This document shows, piece after piece, positions 12,240-25,300 of a stretch of DNA of 64,000 bases. The stretch comes from Paramoeba atlantica (taxonomy: Eukaryota > Protista > Discosea), in contig CDRNVI010000143.1 in the NCBI GenBank assembly GCA_977017575.1, forward strand, positions 1-64,000, in the 5' to 3' direction. How positions within the stretch are numbered: position 1 is the first letter of the stretch; each line of letters begins with the position of its first letter. The translations under genes were made by a program, and so were the position numbers. Under the pieces are notes generated by a model. It was not told the DNA's origin. It saw nothing but the letters and a program-made list of their open reading frames with translations, and did not search any database.

Positions 12240-15200
12240 AAAAAAGAGATTGATCTATCACTCCAATTGTTGTTGGTCTGTACATTTTATGAGAGAGAGA
12301 AGAGAAAGAGAGAAAGAAAAAGAAAAGTGAAGAGACAAGATTGGTACATAACTTCCTTCTGTTGACTTTAATTGATCTCTGTTTTCTTTCCTTTTATTTT
12401 GAGAGAGAGAGAGAAAGAAGAAAAAAAAGAAAAGAGAAAAACAAAGATAAAGGAAAGAAAAAAATACCAATAGGTTTGAGAAAGTTCTTTAACTTTCAAA
12501 TACTTTCTAAGCTTTTTCAATATATTTTTCACCTCTCTTAAATCAAAAAATTAGAAGAAAAGATGAAGAAAGAGAGAGAAAGACAAACAGAAAAGAAGAG
12601 AAAGGAAAGAAAAAAGAAAGAAAAGAAGAACCAACTAATCACACAATAACTGAGTTTAACACAAGTCATAATGGTAAAGTGATTAATCCCACAAAAAATC
12701 ACTTTTGCTTCAAAGAAATTTTTTCAATTGAAACAAACCTTTGAGAAAGAGAAAAGGGAAAGAGAGAGAAGAAAAATAAATTTAAATCAAATGATTCAAG
12801 GAAGAAAAAAATGAGTAGAAAAAAAAAAGAAAAAATGGAAAAAAATAAATGGAGCAACAAAACTTCAACAAGTTCAATTAACTGTTCCAACAAATTCTCT
12901 CTTTATTCAATAGAAGTTCAAAAAAATAAAAAGAGAGAAAAGAGAGAGAAAGAAAGAGAGAGAAAGAAAGAGAGAAGAGAGAAGAGAGAAAAGAGAGAAA
13001 AGAGAGAAAAGAGAAAAAAGAGAAACCAGAGTAACAGTTTGTTGATAGAAAATTTCAGAGGCAATAGGTATTGAAAGATCATTCAAATGAATTGTTATAT
13101 TCTTAATATCTTTATCCTATTTTATTTTTTATTAGAGAGAGAGAAGAAGAGAGAGAAGAAGAGAAAGAAGAAGAGAGAGAAACCTTCTCTTTTGTTAATT
13201 AACTCACAAGTTGGTAAAGAGAAATAAGAAACAATATCTCTAAATAAACAACATTTATTTGTTCAGAAAAAGAGGGAAAAACAAGAAGGAATAGTATTGA
13301 AAGAGGGAGAGAGAAGGAGAAAAAGAAGGAGAGGTTTCAGCAAATTCACTCTCTATTCAATAAAAGTTCAGAAAAATAAAAAGAGAGAAAAGAGAAAAGA
13401 GAGAAAAGAGAAACCAGAGTAATGGTCTGTCAACAGAGAATTTCAGAAGCAATAAACATTGAAAAATCATTAAAACAAATTGTTATATTCTTAATATCTT
13501 TATTCTATTTTATTTTTTTATTAGAGAAAGAGAAGAGAGAAGAGGAGAAGAGAGAGAAGAGAGAAGAGAAGAGAAAGAAGAAGAGAAAGAAGAAGAGAGA
13601 GAAACCTTCTCTTTTATTAACCAACTCACAAGTTGGCAAGAAGAAATAAGAGACAATATCTTTGAATAAACAACATTCATTTGTTCAACCAATCCTTAAA
13701 TATTTCATTCTTTTTTCTGATAAAAGAGAAGAGAGAAGATAAGAACAAAAAAGAAAGAAAAGAAAAGAAAAAAGAAAAAAGAAAAAAAGAAAATACAAAA
13801 TACAAAAAGAAATTATGTTCTATTTTGGGTTTAAGAAAAGTAAAATCAATAAAAATAATAATAAGAGGAACAAAAACAGAAAGGAAAGAGATGAGAAAAA
13901 AGAAAAAGAAGAAAAAGAGAAAGAGAAAGAAAAGAGAAAAAGAAAAAAGAAAAAAGAAAGAAAAAAGAGAAAGAGAAAAAGACCAATAGAGACTTTTCTG
14001 TTTGGATTTGAGGAAAGAAGATTGATCTATCACCTCAATTATTGTTGGTCTGGACATTTTATGAGAAAGAAAAAGAAAAAAAAGAAAGAAAGAAAAGAAA
14101 ATAGAGAAAGAAAAGAAAGAAAGAAAAGAGAGAAAGAAAAGAGAGAAAGAAAAGAAAGAAAGAAAAGAGAAGAAGAAAAACAAAAAAGAGAAAGAAGAAG
14201 AGAAACAAATAAGGGAAAGAATTAGAATGAATTTCAAGTAATTTTGCTCTCTTTTTCTTCCTTCCTTCTCTTTCTCTTTCTCTGTTTCTCTCTTTCTCTC
14301 TTTCTCTCTTTCTCTCTTTCTCTCTTTCTCTCTTTCTCTCTCTCTTTTTTCTCTTTTCTTTCTCTTTTCTTTTCTTTCTTTCTCTCTTTCTTTCTCTTTT
14401 GTTTTTTTTTTTTTTCTTTCTCTCTCTCCTTTTCTTTCTCTTTTTTTCCTTCTCTTTGAGAGAAAGAGAGAGAGAAGAAGAAAAAGAAAAGAGAAAAACA
14501 AAGATAAGGAAAGAAAAAATTACCAATAGGTTTGGGAAAGTTCTTCAACTTTCAAATACTTTCTAAGCTTTTTTAATATATTTTTTGCCTCTTTTAAATC
14601 AAAAAATTAGAAGAAAAGATGAAGAAAGAGAGAGAAAGACAAACAGAAAAGAAGAGAAAGGAAAGAAAAAAGAAAGAAAAGAAGAACCAACTAATCACAC
14701 AATAACTGAGTTTAATACAAGTCATAACAGCAGGGTGATGAATCCCATAAAAAATCGCTTTTGCTCCAAAGAAATTTTTTAAATTGAAACAACCTTTGAG
14801 AAAGAGAAGAGAGAAAGGGAGAGAAGAGAAATAAATTTAAATTAATTGATTAAAGAAAGACAAAAATGAGTAGAAAAAAGAAGAAAAAATGGAAAAAAAA
14901 AATAAATGAAGCAACAAAACTCAACAAGCCCAATTAACTGTTCCAACAAATTCGCTCTCTATTCAATAGAAGTTCAGAAAAATAAAAAGAGAGAAAAGAG
15001 AGAGAAAGAAAGAAAGAGAGAAGAGAGAAGAGAGAAGAGAGAAGAGAGAAGAGAGAAGAGAGAAGAGAAGAGAGAAAAGAGAGAGAAGAGAAACCAAAGT
15101 AATAGTCTGTCGACAGAAAATTTCAGAGGCAATAGACATTGAAAGATCATTCAAATGAATTGTTATATTTTCAATATCTTTCTACTATTTTATTTTTTAT

Positions 15201-16080
15201 TAGAGAGAGAGAGAGAGAAGAGAGAGAAGAGAGAGAAGAAGAGAAGAGAGAGAAGAGAGAGAAGAAGAGAGAGAAACCTTCTCTTTCATTAACCAACTCA
15301 CAAGTTAGCAAGGAAAAATAAGACAACATCTCTGAATAAACAACATTCATTTGTTCAACCAACCTTTGAACATTCCATTCTTTTTTCTAATAAAAGAGAA
15401 GAGAGGAGATAAGGACAAAAAAAAAAGAAAAGAAAAGGAAAAAGGAAAGAAAAAAAGAAAAAAAGAAAAAAAGAAAAAAAGAAAAAAAGAAAAAAAGAAA
15501 AAAAAAGAAAAAAAGAAAAAATACAAAATACAAAAGGGAATTATGTTCCATTTCGGGTCTGAGAAAAGTAAAATCAATAAAAATAATAATAAGAGGAACA
15601 AAAACAGAAAAGAGAGAGGGGAGAGAAAAAAAAAAGAGAAAGAGAAAGAGAAAGAGAAAGAGACTAATAGGGACTTTTCTGTTTGGATTTGAGGAAAAAA
15701 GATTGCCAATTATTGTTGGTCTGTACATTTTATGAGAGAGAGAAGAGAAAATAAAGAAAGAAAAGAAAGAAAGAAAAGAAAGAAAGAAAAGAAAGAAAGA
15801 AAAGAAAGAAAGAAAAGAAAGAAAGAAAAGAAAGAAAGAAAAGAGAAAACATCCAAAGAGTAAGAAGGATTACAAGAAGAATGAGGAGTCACAAATGTTG
15901 ATTTTTGAGAAGAGACCACAGAGAAGGGGAGAAGAAGAAGAAGAAGAACTTTCTGGTTTCTCTTTTTTTCTTGAGATGAAAAGAAGAGAGAAAGAGATAA
16001 AAGAAGAGAAAGGAAGAGAAAGAAGAACAGAAACGAAAAAGAGAAAGAATTAGAATGAATTTCAAGTAATTTTACTTTCT
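12240..16080 (-). pseudogene. Tandemly duplicated fragments of an intron-rich minus-strand gene of unknown function
   Basis: Non-repetitive 60-130 bp blocks bounded by GT/AG on the minus strand and separated by purine-rich spacers. 12430-14040 matches 14490-15735, and 13020-13265 matches 13410-13690. Exon-like translations include KDIENITIHLNDLSMSIASEIFCRQTITL and NVQRLVEQMNVVYSEMLSYFSLLTCELVNERE. Confidence 0.65.
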
Positions 16081-16935
16081 TTTTCTTCTTTCCTTCTCTT
16101 TTTCTTTCTCTCTTTCTCTCTTTCTCTTTCCCTCTTCTCTTTCTCTTCTCTTTTTCTTGAAAAAAATAAATAAATTACCTTGACCATTTACGAGAAGGAG
16201 GAGAAGCAAAAAGGAGGGAGAGAAGAGAGAGGGAAAGAAGAAGGAAAAGAAAGAGGAGCTTGTTTCTATTAAATAAATATTTAAATTAAAATTAAAATTA
16301 AAAAACAAAGGTAGAAGAGAAAGAAAAAGAAATGAGAGAGAAAAGAAAAGAAAAGAAAAGAAAAGAAAAGAAAAGAAAGAGAAAAAAACCAAAACGGAGA
16401 GAGAGAGAAACGAAAACAAAACAAAAAATTAATTCAAAAAATAGGTTTCTTTTTTTGAACCACACAAAAAGTGATGAGAATCGAGCAGTGTGTGGTTTTT
16501 TGTTTTTTGTTTTTGAAATTCAAAAAAATTAGATTTCCTTTTAGTTTGTTAATTCTTATTCTTCTTTTTTTTTCTACTTGGTTTCAACTCCTTTTTTTAC
16601 TTTTTTTCATCTGTCAATTTGAAAGAGAAAAACATCTTCTTTCTTTTTGGTTCTGTTGGGAACCAAACAGAACCACCTCTTCTCTTCTCTTGCTCCAACC
16701 CCTCTGATCTCTGTCTTTCTTTCTTCAAGCAAGATTTGGATTTTTCCTTGTTTATCTGTTTTGACTTTGCAGATGGTCCTTTGGAGATGATTCACTAAAA
16801 CACTTCAAAAGCAACCTGTCTTTGCTGCTCTGTGGAGTCACAAATAAAATTATTTCTTATTTTTCTCAACAAATCAATTTGATTTCAATAGATAAAAGAG
16901 TTCTTTTGCTCAGTCCACTTTCACGTTTATTTATA

Positions 16936-17600
16936 ATGTCGATCAAAACTGAGATTCTCAGGCTCGCCCAGACTAACTACTCTATATGGAAGAGTGCTGT
17001 CCACACACACACAAATCCATGCTGCAAATGGCTGACATTACATCAGCAAGAACATTGAACCTAACACTGTTGATGGTCCTGAAAACATCAAGTCATATTG
17101 GACAGCAGCCTTGCTCATAACATCCTCTGTTTCAAGCGAATTGGCATATCTGGTCACTACTGAAAGTGATGAAAGCTAATACAATCTGTCAGTTTCCTGG
17201 GTGCACATCCTGTGAAGAAAGTCAAAGCGATCTGTACCGATAGTTCTAAAGAGTACAACACTTGGAGGTTATGTTCTTATTTGGATAGAAGAGGTATTCA
17301 GAAGGAAACACCTGTGCCCTACTATCAATGTAAAGGAAGAAGTTTGAAAGCAAGGCGCAACAATATGCATTTTTCTTGGAATTGCACCAGAACACACACA
17401 GCGGATATCTTCTTCGTCCAATCAATAAGGAGGGAAAGACATCATCACCCAAGATGCTCATTTTCGAGAAACAATCTTTCCAAAACTTGAACCTCAATTT
17501 CTAATTTCACTCAAGCTCTCACTTTTCAACAGGTTTATATCTGAACTGTAAACCAAACGAAAGTATGGTCTCACCTTTGATTATTCTGAAGCAAAAAGAA
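16936..17600 (+). mobile_element. Internally deleted Ty1/copia relic
   Basis: MSIKTEILRLAQTNYSIWKSAV (gag N-terminus), VILDSSLAH (protease-like), KVKAICTDSSKEY...GIQKETPVPY (integrase core) and KYGLTFDY (RT/RNase H linker-like), all compressed into under 700 bp. Confidence 0.65.
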
Positions 17601-18299
17601 GAGGAAGAGGAAGAAGAAAAGACTATCAGAGGATGAAGAAACTGAGAATGACACACCTCCTGGTACACTGCTGTTACAATCTGATCTTGTGATTGCAGGG
17701 GAGAATATATTTGATGAGAGTGATGAAGAAACCAATCACAATCCTGAGCCTAAAACAACTTTCCACCAGTTCGGAGAAGTTCGAGAGTAGTTCCTGTGCC
17801 AAACCATCATTACCCCCTTGATCTCATCTCTGAGATCACAAAGCCCCTGAGCCAAAATCCTTCAAACAAGCAATTGCATGGTGTAATGAAATGATTGAAA
17901 CCAACAATTACCATACTTTTCGTTCGCTCTTTTCACTAAATCGAAGAGAAAACTCATTCTGATTTAATCCAAACAGCATCCTCATTTTGTTCTGAATTAT
18001 CAATCACCTCTTCAAAAAAACAAACTCACTCACCATTGGAAGACTTTTGTGAGAAAATCTTCTCTTTTCCACCCTGCTGAATGAAAAAGAAACCAACAAG
18101 TTTTTTCTATATTTGTGGTTTTTCCTTGTTTGTAATTGTTTGACTTTGGCAATTGCAGAACTGCCCCAATAATGTGAAGAGAATTTATTTTTGTAGTTTT
18201 TTCTTTGAGTCAAATTATTTGAAAGAGAAAGACATGTTGCCAAAAAAGATTTATCACATCCTTGAAAGTAGTTGAAGTTGAAAGAAGGAAAGGGTTATT

Positions 18300-18741
18300 T
18301 TATTCCAAAGTCTCGACTTTTCGACTTTCATCTTGATAATGTTCAACAAGATCTTCGACTGCTTTGATTGGATAAGTCACCACCTGGAAACCATGGATAC
18401 CTTCTTGAAAAACATCATTCTCTTGAAAAACTGTGCCGTGACACTTCTGAAATTGGTGGAATACAAGACAGAGAAAGTTAGGATGCATAGTTTAAATTCG
18501 TGCCCCCCTTCCACCATTCTGATGCTGGAAACAAACCAAATCATTTTGTGGTAATGGATGATCACGATCACAATCTTTAATATTTGGTTCAACAAAACAG
18601 GAATAATACATCAATAAACCTGAGTTGTAAATTGGATCTTCTGAAGATCATCCACATGAAGGCCAGAACCTCCATTCTTGGCCAATTTCTTGTATTCTTC
18701 TGATGGTCAGATCAGGTTCGAGATAGTCATTAAGACAGTCA
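18300..18741 (-). pseudogene. TET/JBP-like 2OG-Fe(II) dioxygenase pseudogene (catalytic exon)
   Basis: Reconstruction across stops and one frameshift gives ISNLI*PSEEYKKLAKNGGSGLHVDDLQKIQFTTQ / LMYYSCF...NDLVCFQHQNGGRGARI*TMHPNFLCLVFHQFQKCHGT...GFQVVTYP. HxD is at 18650-18658 and the distal H at 18438-18440. An AG acceptor lies at 18742-18743. Confidence 0.55.
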
Positions 18742-18779
18742 CTGAGAGAACAAAAAAGAAGAAGAAGAAGAAAAGAACA

Positions 18780-20330
18780 GGAGAAGAATTAATTCTGAAA
18801 GAAGAAAAGGAGCCAAGACAAGGAAAAGGGGAGTGTCAGGAGGAGACGGTGAATGAGATGAAGAAGAAGGGAGTGTTGAATTTTGTCTTTGTTTTCGAGC
18901 AAGCTTCTGGTGCACTGCATCCTTTTTTGACCTCTCTCTCTTTTCTGATTCTGACTCGTTTTCTTTTCTCTTGATACCTTCTTTGCTTTTCTCTTCGTTT
19001 TTTTTTCTTTCCTCATTATTTGTTGCCTGTTTGAAAAGAAAGTAATGAAACAAAGAAGCCAAGAGAGAGAACCTTTGACCAAGGAGTCACAGTTGCATCA
19101 GCAACTCCAGGGCGAAAATAAAAAACTGGATTAAGAAAGAAAGAGAGAAAAAAGAGAAGAAGGAAAGAAAAAGGAGGAGAGAAAAATTATTATTTGAAAA
19201 AGAAAGAGAGAGAAGAGAAAAAGAGAAAAAGAGAATAGAGAGGAGAGAGAAAAGAAAGAAAAGAGAGAAAAAAAGAAGAAAAGAGAGAGAAAAGAGAGAG
19301 AGAGAGAAAAAAGAGAGAGAGAAAAGAGAGAGAGAGAGAAAAGAGAGAGAAAAGAGAGAAAACCATCAATTTGAGTCCTAGAACCACAAAAAAGAGGAAA
19401 AATTTTTTGAATTCCACAGGAAATTCTTCTTCAAAAAGTTGATTTGATAAAAAGTGAGAAAGAGAAGAGAAAGCAAAAGAAGAGAAAAAGAAAGAGAGAA
19501 GTGAAAAGAAAAGAGAGAGAGAGAGAAGTGGAGAGAGAAAACCTTTTCTCTTGCTTCATTCGTATTTGTTGATTGTTTTGGGCATGACATCCTTGCTCCT
19601 AAGAAAGAGAGAGAGAGAGAAGAGAGAAGAGAAGAGAGAAGTGGAGAAGAGGAGAGAAAATTTTATTGAGAAGGAAAAAGAGAAAGAGAGAAAGAGAGAA
19701 AGAGAGAAGAGAGAGAGAGAAAAGAAAAGAGAAAGAGAGAAAGAGAGAAAGAGAGAAGAGAGAAGAGAAAGAGAAGAGAGAAAGAGAAGAAAGAAAGAGA
19801 AGAGAGAAAAGAAACCTCCTCTCATATCTAAAGGTGAATTTCTCTTTTTTGGTGATTTTCTATTTATTTGAATGAGAAAGAGAAAAGAGAGAAAAGAGAG
19901 AGAGAAAGAGAGAGAGAGAGAGGAAGAGAAAGAAAAGAGAAAGAAAAGAGAAAGAAAGAGAGAGAGAAGAGAGAAGAGAGAAAGAGAGAAAAAGAAAACG
20001 AACAAATTTGTTGTGACTTTCCTCATTATTTGTTGCCTGTTTGAAAGGAAAGTAATGAGACAAAGAAGCCAAGAGAGAGAACCTGGGATGATGAGGGTTG
20101 TTGTTGTAACCTTGAGGACTTCCGGGGAGGTAAAGAAGGGAGAGGTTGATTTCTTTTTTTGTTGTACCAATGCTTTTGGTACACGCATTGCTTTTCCTTC
20201 CTTTCTTGTTTTTCAGTTTCTGCCAGTCTTGCAAGTTTGTCTCTGTATCTTTCCATGGAAAAAGAGAGAACAGAATTCACATGATTTTCACATTTCTTTT
20301 TTGGAAAATCGCGTTGGAAGTTTGAAAAAA
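18780..20330 (-). pseudogene. Intron-rich exon fragments upstream of the TET/JBP-like exon, partly duplicated
   Basis: Exon-like blocks between GA-rich spacers; 19008-19075 is repeated at 20018-20085. Assignment to the same gene is inference from position and strand. Confidence 0.4.
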
Positions 20331-20336
20331 CTCTCA

Positions 20337-21344
20337 TTTTTTCTTTTTTTTTTTTTGTTTTGTTTTGAGATGAAAAAGATTTTTATTCGAAAAAGATGGT
20401 CATAAGAGTAGGGAATGGTTGCACATTTGGCAGAATATCTCACCCAGTGAGAGGAGGAACTGCAGAAAAAGGGGGTAGTACATGTGGAAAAGAAGAGGGG
20501 GGAATGGAAATGTCATTTAGATTGAGAAATGATGAGAAGCACAGAGAATGATGGGTCAAAAGGGGGTTGCTGGGTTTTAGATTTTCCTGTATGCTCATCA
20601 TGTGGTTTGCCATTGCTTTCATTAGTGCAGCTGAAATCTTCTTCTTTGCTGTTCTCAAGAAGAGGGAGAGGGGGTTGGCATCCAGAACCCGGTCGTTTTG
20701 GAGGGCAATTGAGGCAAGGGACCGTAGGAGTGCACTAATGTCAGGGGATATTCCACCACCTGAGGATGAAGATGCTGGAAGGAAGATGACTTCACCTTGG
20801 AGATCGGAAAGAGTTATTTGTTTAAAGGTCCATTTCTCCTCAGGGGTGTCTCTGCCCCTTCCTGCATTAAAGTCTGTTTCAGTCAGATGTCTGTCCACAT
20901 ATTTTCTGCGTTTTATGATCCTGGCATGGTGTGCAGGTGAGAGGGTGTTGAGTGTGGGGTCAGAGTAGGTTTTGGTGGGTGTTTGGATCACACAACAAAA
21001 GCGGGGGGTTATGTGGGTTGACACAACTCGAACATTAATACACAGATCCTGGTCCCCTTGCCACTCACGGATTGTAAGATCAGGTTGCTTGTGTGACTTC
21101 CCAATTGGCCAGTAGGCTCCATCTTGGATTGTTGTTTTTCCTGCCCAGTTGGCAATGTTCTTGAGTTCATCACGGAGAGCATGGTGTCTTCTTGTGGTTC
21201 CTCTTCCACGACTGGTGCAGTCTGAGAGGTGGAGGAAGGATGCAGCACAGAGTTCTTTTTCACAAAATCCACACTTGACAGTCCCAAGTTCACAGAGAGC
21301 CCCAAGGTGTGGGTCAACGATGTCAAGCCTACGTCGGTAGGCTT
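20337..21344 (-). mobile_element. 5'-truncated non-LTR retrotransposon with restriction-like endonuclease (CRE/NeSL/R2-like C-terminus)
   Basis: One open frame from about 21332 to 20440 contains a knuckle CGFC...FLHLSDC (starts 21273) and RRHHALRD. It also has KQPDLTIREWQGDQDLCINVRVV (PD-x-D motif, second D as N), KRRKY, FLPASSSSGGGISP and KISAALMKAMANHMM. AATAAA and an A-rich tail follow near 20337-20390. No RT domain is present. Confidence 0.82.
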
Positions 21345-22356
21345 TTTTATTCTTTTTTTATTCTTTTTTTTTCTTTTTTTTTTTTTTTTCTTTTTTTTTC
21401 TTTTTTTTTCTTTTCTTTTTTTCTTTTCTTTTCTTTTTCTTTTTCTCTTTTTTTCTCTTTCCTTTTTGTCATTTTTATTCATATCTGATTTTCTGAAACA
21501 GATTTACCTTTGCATTGTCCGGTGTTTTCCTTCCTGCAGAATCAAATTGCTGAATGTAATTTATCTTTCTCGAATGTCTTTATTAATTTAAATTAATAAA
21601 GAATTATTTTCTCTCTGTATCTCTTTCTTTCTCTTCAAAAAAGAAGAGGAATTTGAAGAAGAATGTTGTCGAGCTGGCTTCTGTGTTTCTTTTGAATCCT
21701 TTCCAAGTTGATTAAGATTGTTTCAAAAATTCTCAAAAAGGCCAGTTCAGTTTTTTCTGCAATTCAAAAAAGGATTATTTGCTTTTTTTTTGAGCCTATT
21801 CTACTCTCAAAATCAGTTTATTTGTCAAAGGACCCTATTTCTGTCGAAATAGGGAATTTGTTATTGAAAATTTGTTGAAAATTTGTTGAAAATTTGTTGT
21901 GTATTTTTCACAACAAAAGAATTTGATTTCAAGTATGGTACACTACTCTCATATGTGAGAGAATAACAAGAAAAGAAACAAGAAGAAACTTTGAAGAGAA
22001 TAAGTTTATTTGTATTAGCAAACAGATTTTGTGAGAAAGAAGGAGTGAGAAAAAACAGCAAAAAAGAAAAGAATGTTTCGAACAGAAATGAAAGAAATAT
22101 GAAATGAAAGAAGAAAGAAGAAGAAGATAGAGAAAATAGAGAAAATGCCAGTTGAGGAAAGGAAGCTGGATCATTTGGTGAAGGAAAGATGATAGAATCG
22201 TAAAACTGGGAAGAGGAAAGAAAAAAATTAAATTCTTCAAAGAAATAGAGAAAAGGAGAAAAAGAAAAGGAGAAAAAAGAAGAACAAACAAAATAGAGAA
22301 AAAAACCTCTCTCTCTCACTCCTCACTCTTTCAAAGTTTAAAAGATTCAAAAACAC

Positions 22357-25300
22357 TCATTCAAAATCTTCAAAATCTTCAAAATCATCAAAATCATCAA
22401 AATCATCATTCTCTGTTGTTGTATCATCATCATCATCATCATCATCATCACTCTTTGATGAGGAGATCTCATCGTCATCAACCAGAAGGAGGAGAGAAGA
22501 TGAAGAAAGAGGAGAGTGGTTAGGATTTCTTTGGGTGGTCTTGTTCTTTTGTAAACAATGATGAGGGAATAAGTTGGTGTTGGTTTGTTGTTGTTGTTGT
22601 TGTGATTTTTTAAAGTGAAAATTTTGTTGTGGTTCATGTGGTTCAACATAAATAAAAGAAGGAGGAGGAGAATCCTTCTCCTCCTCCTCCTTTTTTTTTA
22701 AAGGATTTTGTTTCTTCTTTCTCTTTGGTTGTGATGAAGATGAAGATGGTGGTTGCTGATTGGCAATCCTCATTGAGGAGAGGTGGTGAGTTGGTAGTGG
22801 TGGTAGTAGGAGTGAGGAGGATTGTTGCTCGGAAGAATAAGAAGAAGAAGAAGAAGAAGGAATGATGTTTTGTTGTGAAGTACAAAGAGGAGGTCGAGGA
22901 GGTCGAGGAGGTCGAGGAGGTTGAGGAGGTTGAGGAGGTCGAGGAGGATATTGGAGCTGGTGTTGTCGTTGTGGCAATAATTGTCTGACTCTTTTTGTTC
23001 TTAATTTTGTTGTTGTTTTCTTCTTCTTCTGTAGTTTCTCCCTTTCAAACTCTTTTCTCTTTGTCTGGGGCAAACAAAACCAAATTGCTTTTTCGAATAA
23101 TACGTTCCACCCCTCCCAATGTTCTTCTTCTTCTTTTGCACTATTATCTTTATCCCAGCAGCTGCTTCGCAAAAGGTATTGCACAAAGTTTTTCCATGTA
23201 GGAAATTCATTGTCATCTCTTCGAAAAAAACTTTCCCCACTAATGAGAGCCCACAATAAATCATAATAGAGTTCCTCTTTTGTGAAAAAAGCTTTTGTTT
23301 GTCCTCCATTTGGTCTTCTTGCGCAATATTTAGAGAAGTTTTTTGAATGATGAAAGATGTTCAAATGATCAATAAAGTATTTTACAATCTTTTGAACTTG
23401 TGTCATTTCAAAAATTCGAAGTTGGAGTGAGGGTGAAAGGTCAGCTGGCCCAATATCAACACTCAAGAGAAGTTCTTTTTGGAACAAAGAAGCAGAAGAA
23501 TCAGAAGAACCAGGAGGAAAACAAGAAGAAGAAGAAGAAGAAGACTGAGGAGAAGAAGAATGCTGAAAAGAAGAACACTGAGAAGAAGGACTGAAACAAT
23601 CAGAAGTCAGAGAACAAGAAGAATCAAAAGAAGAATCAGAAGAATCAGAAGAATTAGAAGAATAATCAGCAGAAGAACAAGAAGAAGAATGAGAAGAAAA
23701 AGAAGAATGAGAAGAAGAAGAAGAAGAACGAGAAGAAGAAGAAGAACAAGAAGAAGAAGAAGAACAAGAAGAAGAAAAAGAATGAGAAGAAGAAGAAGAA
23801 CAAGAAGAATCAGAAGAACAAGGATATCCTTGTGAAGAACCAAGTCGTTGAGAAGAACCAAGTCGTTGAGAAGAACAAGAAGAAGAACCAAGTTGAGAAG
23901 AACCAAGTTGTTGAGAATTACTTTTTGCAAAAGAACCTTCTTTTTCTTCTTCTAAATGCTCAACATCCAATTGTTGTTGTTGGAGATGTAACACAAAATG
24001 GGATATCAAATGTGCATCAGAAAAAAGAAGAAAAAATTCTTTCTTTTTTTGAAAAAAAGATAAGAAACGAGAAAATTGTTGAGGAAGACAAGAAGAAGTT
24101 GATGAAGAAGTCAAAAAAGACTTTTCAATCAAAGAGAGAAGAGCATCATGATGTTCTTGAGAAGGTGGTCTTTGACAAAGACCAAAAGAAGAGGTCTCTT
24201 CACAAAAAACACAAGAATATACTGTGTGATGAGAAGGAGGAGGATCCTTCTTGGAGAGGTCACCATTATCACTACACCCATCACCACACCCATCACCACA
24301 CCCATCATCACCACCATCACCTTTTTTTTTCATCTGTTGGAGCTGTTGTGATGAAAAAAAAGGTTCAAAAAACTCCTTCTTAAATCCAACAAATTCCTCC
24401 TCTCCACCAATCCAAAGTGGAAGAGAGCTACTTCCAAATCCTTTCCCACTTCTTTTCATACGAGTCAGTTGGCCTCCCAAAAATTTGTGACAGTATCCAA
24501 AACTGTTAATCAAATCTCGGTAAAGAGCTTGTTGATCCGTGGACAAAGGTTTTGTATCTCGCCCAAAAAAAAGTCCTCCAAAATTAAATTCTTGTGTTGG
24601 GGCCCAATGAGAAAGAAAGAGAAGATCTCGCAAATGCTGAATATAAATCTTTTGCGGGATACAAAAGATTTGATCATGATTACGAATAAAGTCAATCATC
24701 TGAAGAGAAGAAGAAGAAGAAGGAGAAGGTGGTCGAAGAGAAAGTGCCTCAAAAAGACTTTGTAGTTTTAATAATTGATTTCTTTTAATAAAAGACAAAC
24801 TTTCATTAAAACTCACACCAAAAATTCGAATTTCAATCCGTACCCCACCTAGACAACCATCACCATCACCACCTCCGCCCTCCCCTCCTCTCCTCCTACC
24901 ATTAACAATCTTTTCAAATTTAAAGAGTAATTTCTGAAAAGATTTTTCCCGTTGGCGCAGTGCTCCAACTGTCTTTGGCATTTCACTCCACCGAATTTTC
25001 GAGAAATTGGTCAAAAAATGGAGAATTGGTGAATAAATCTTCACCATTGCCCATTTCTCACCCAACAAAAGAAATGGTTTCATTCGAGACCCAAAGGTCA
25101 AAGTTCCAATTGGACACTCCTCTTTGAGAATTTCTTTGAAAAAAAGAAATCCTTTAGTTGTACCACTGCCAACATCACCTTTTTCTCCTCCTTCACCTTC
25201 TCTCCCTTCTCCTCCCCCAACAAGAGGAGGAGCTTCTTCTTCTTCTTCTTGTTCCTCTTCATCATACTTATTGTCATTATCCTTCTTCTCACTTCTTCTT

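Noticed and set aside
11700-16500. Numerous K/E/R-rich and F/L/S-rich ORFs here and at 19-20, 35.8-36.5, 58-59 and 60-63 kb
   Set aside because: They arise from stop-free purine or pyrimidine microsatellites, mostly introns or antisense shadows.
21229-21591. Plus-strand spliced gene initiating antisense within the RLE element (GT at 21337, AG near 21501)
   Set aside because: Splice-like signals are present, but the peptide has no recognisable features and may be coincidental without RNA data.
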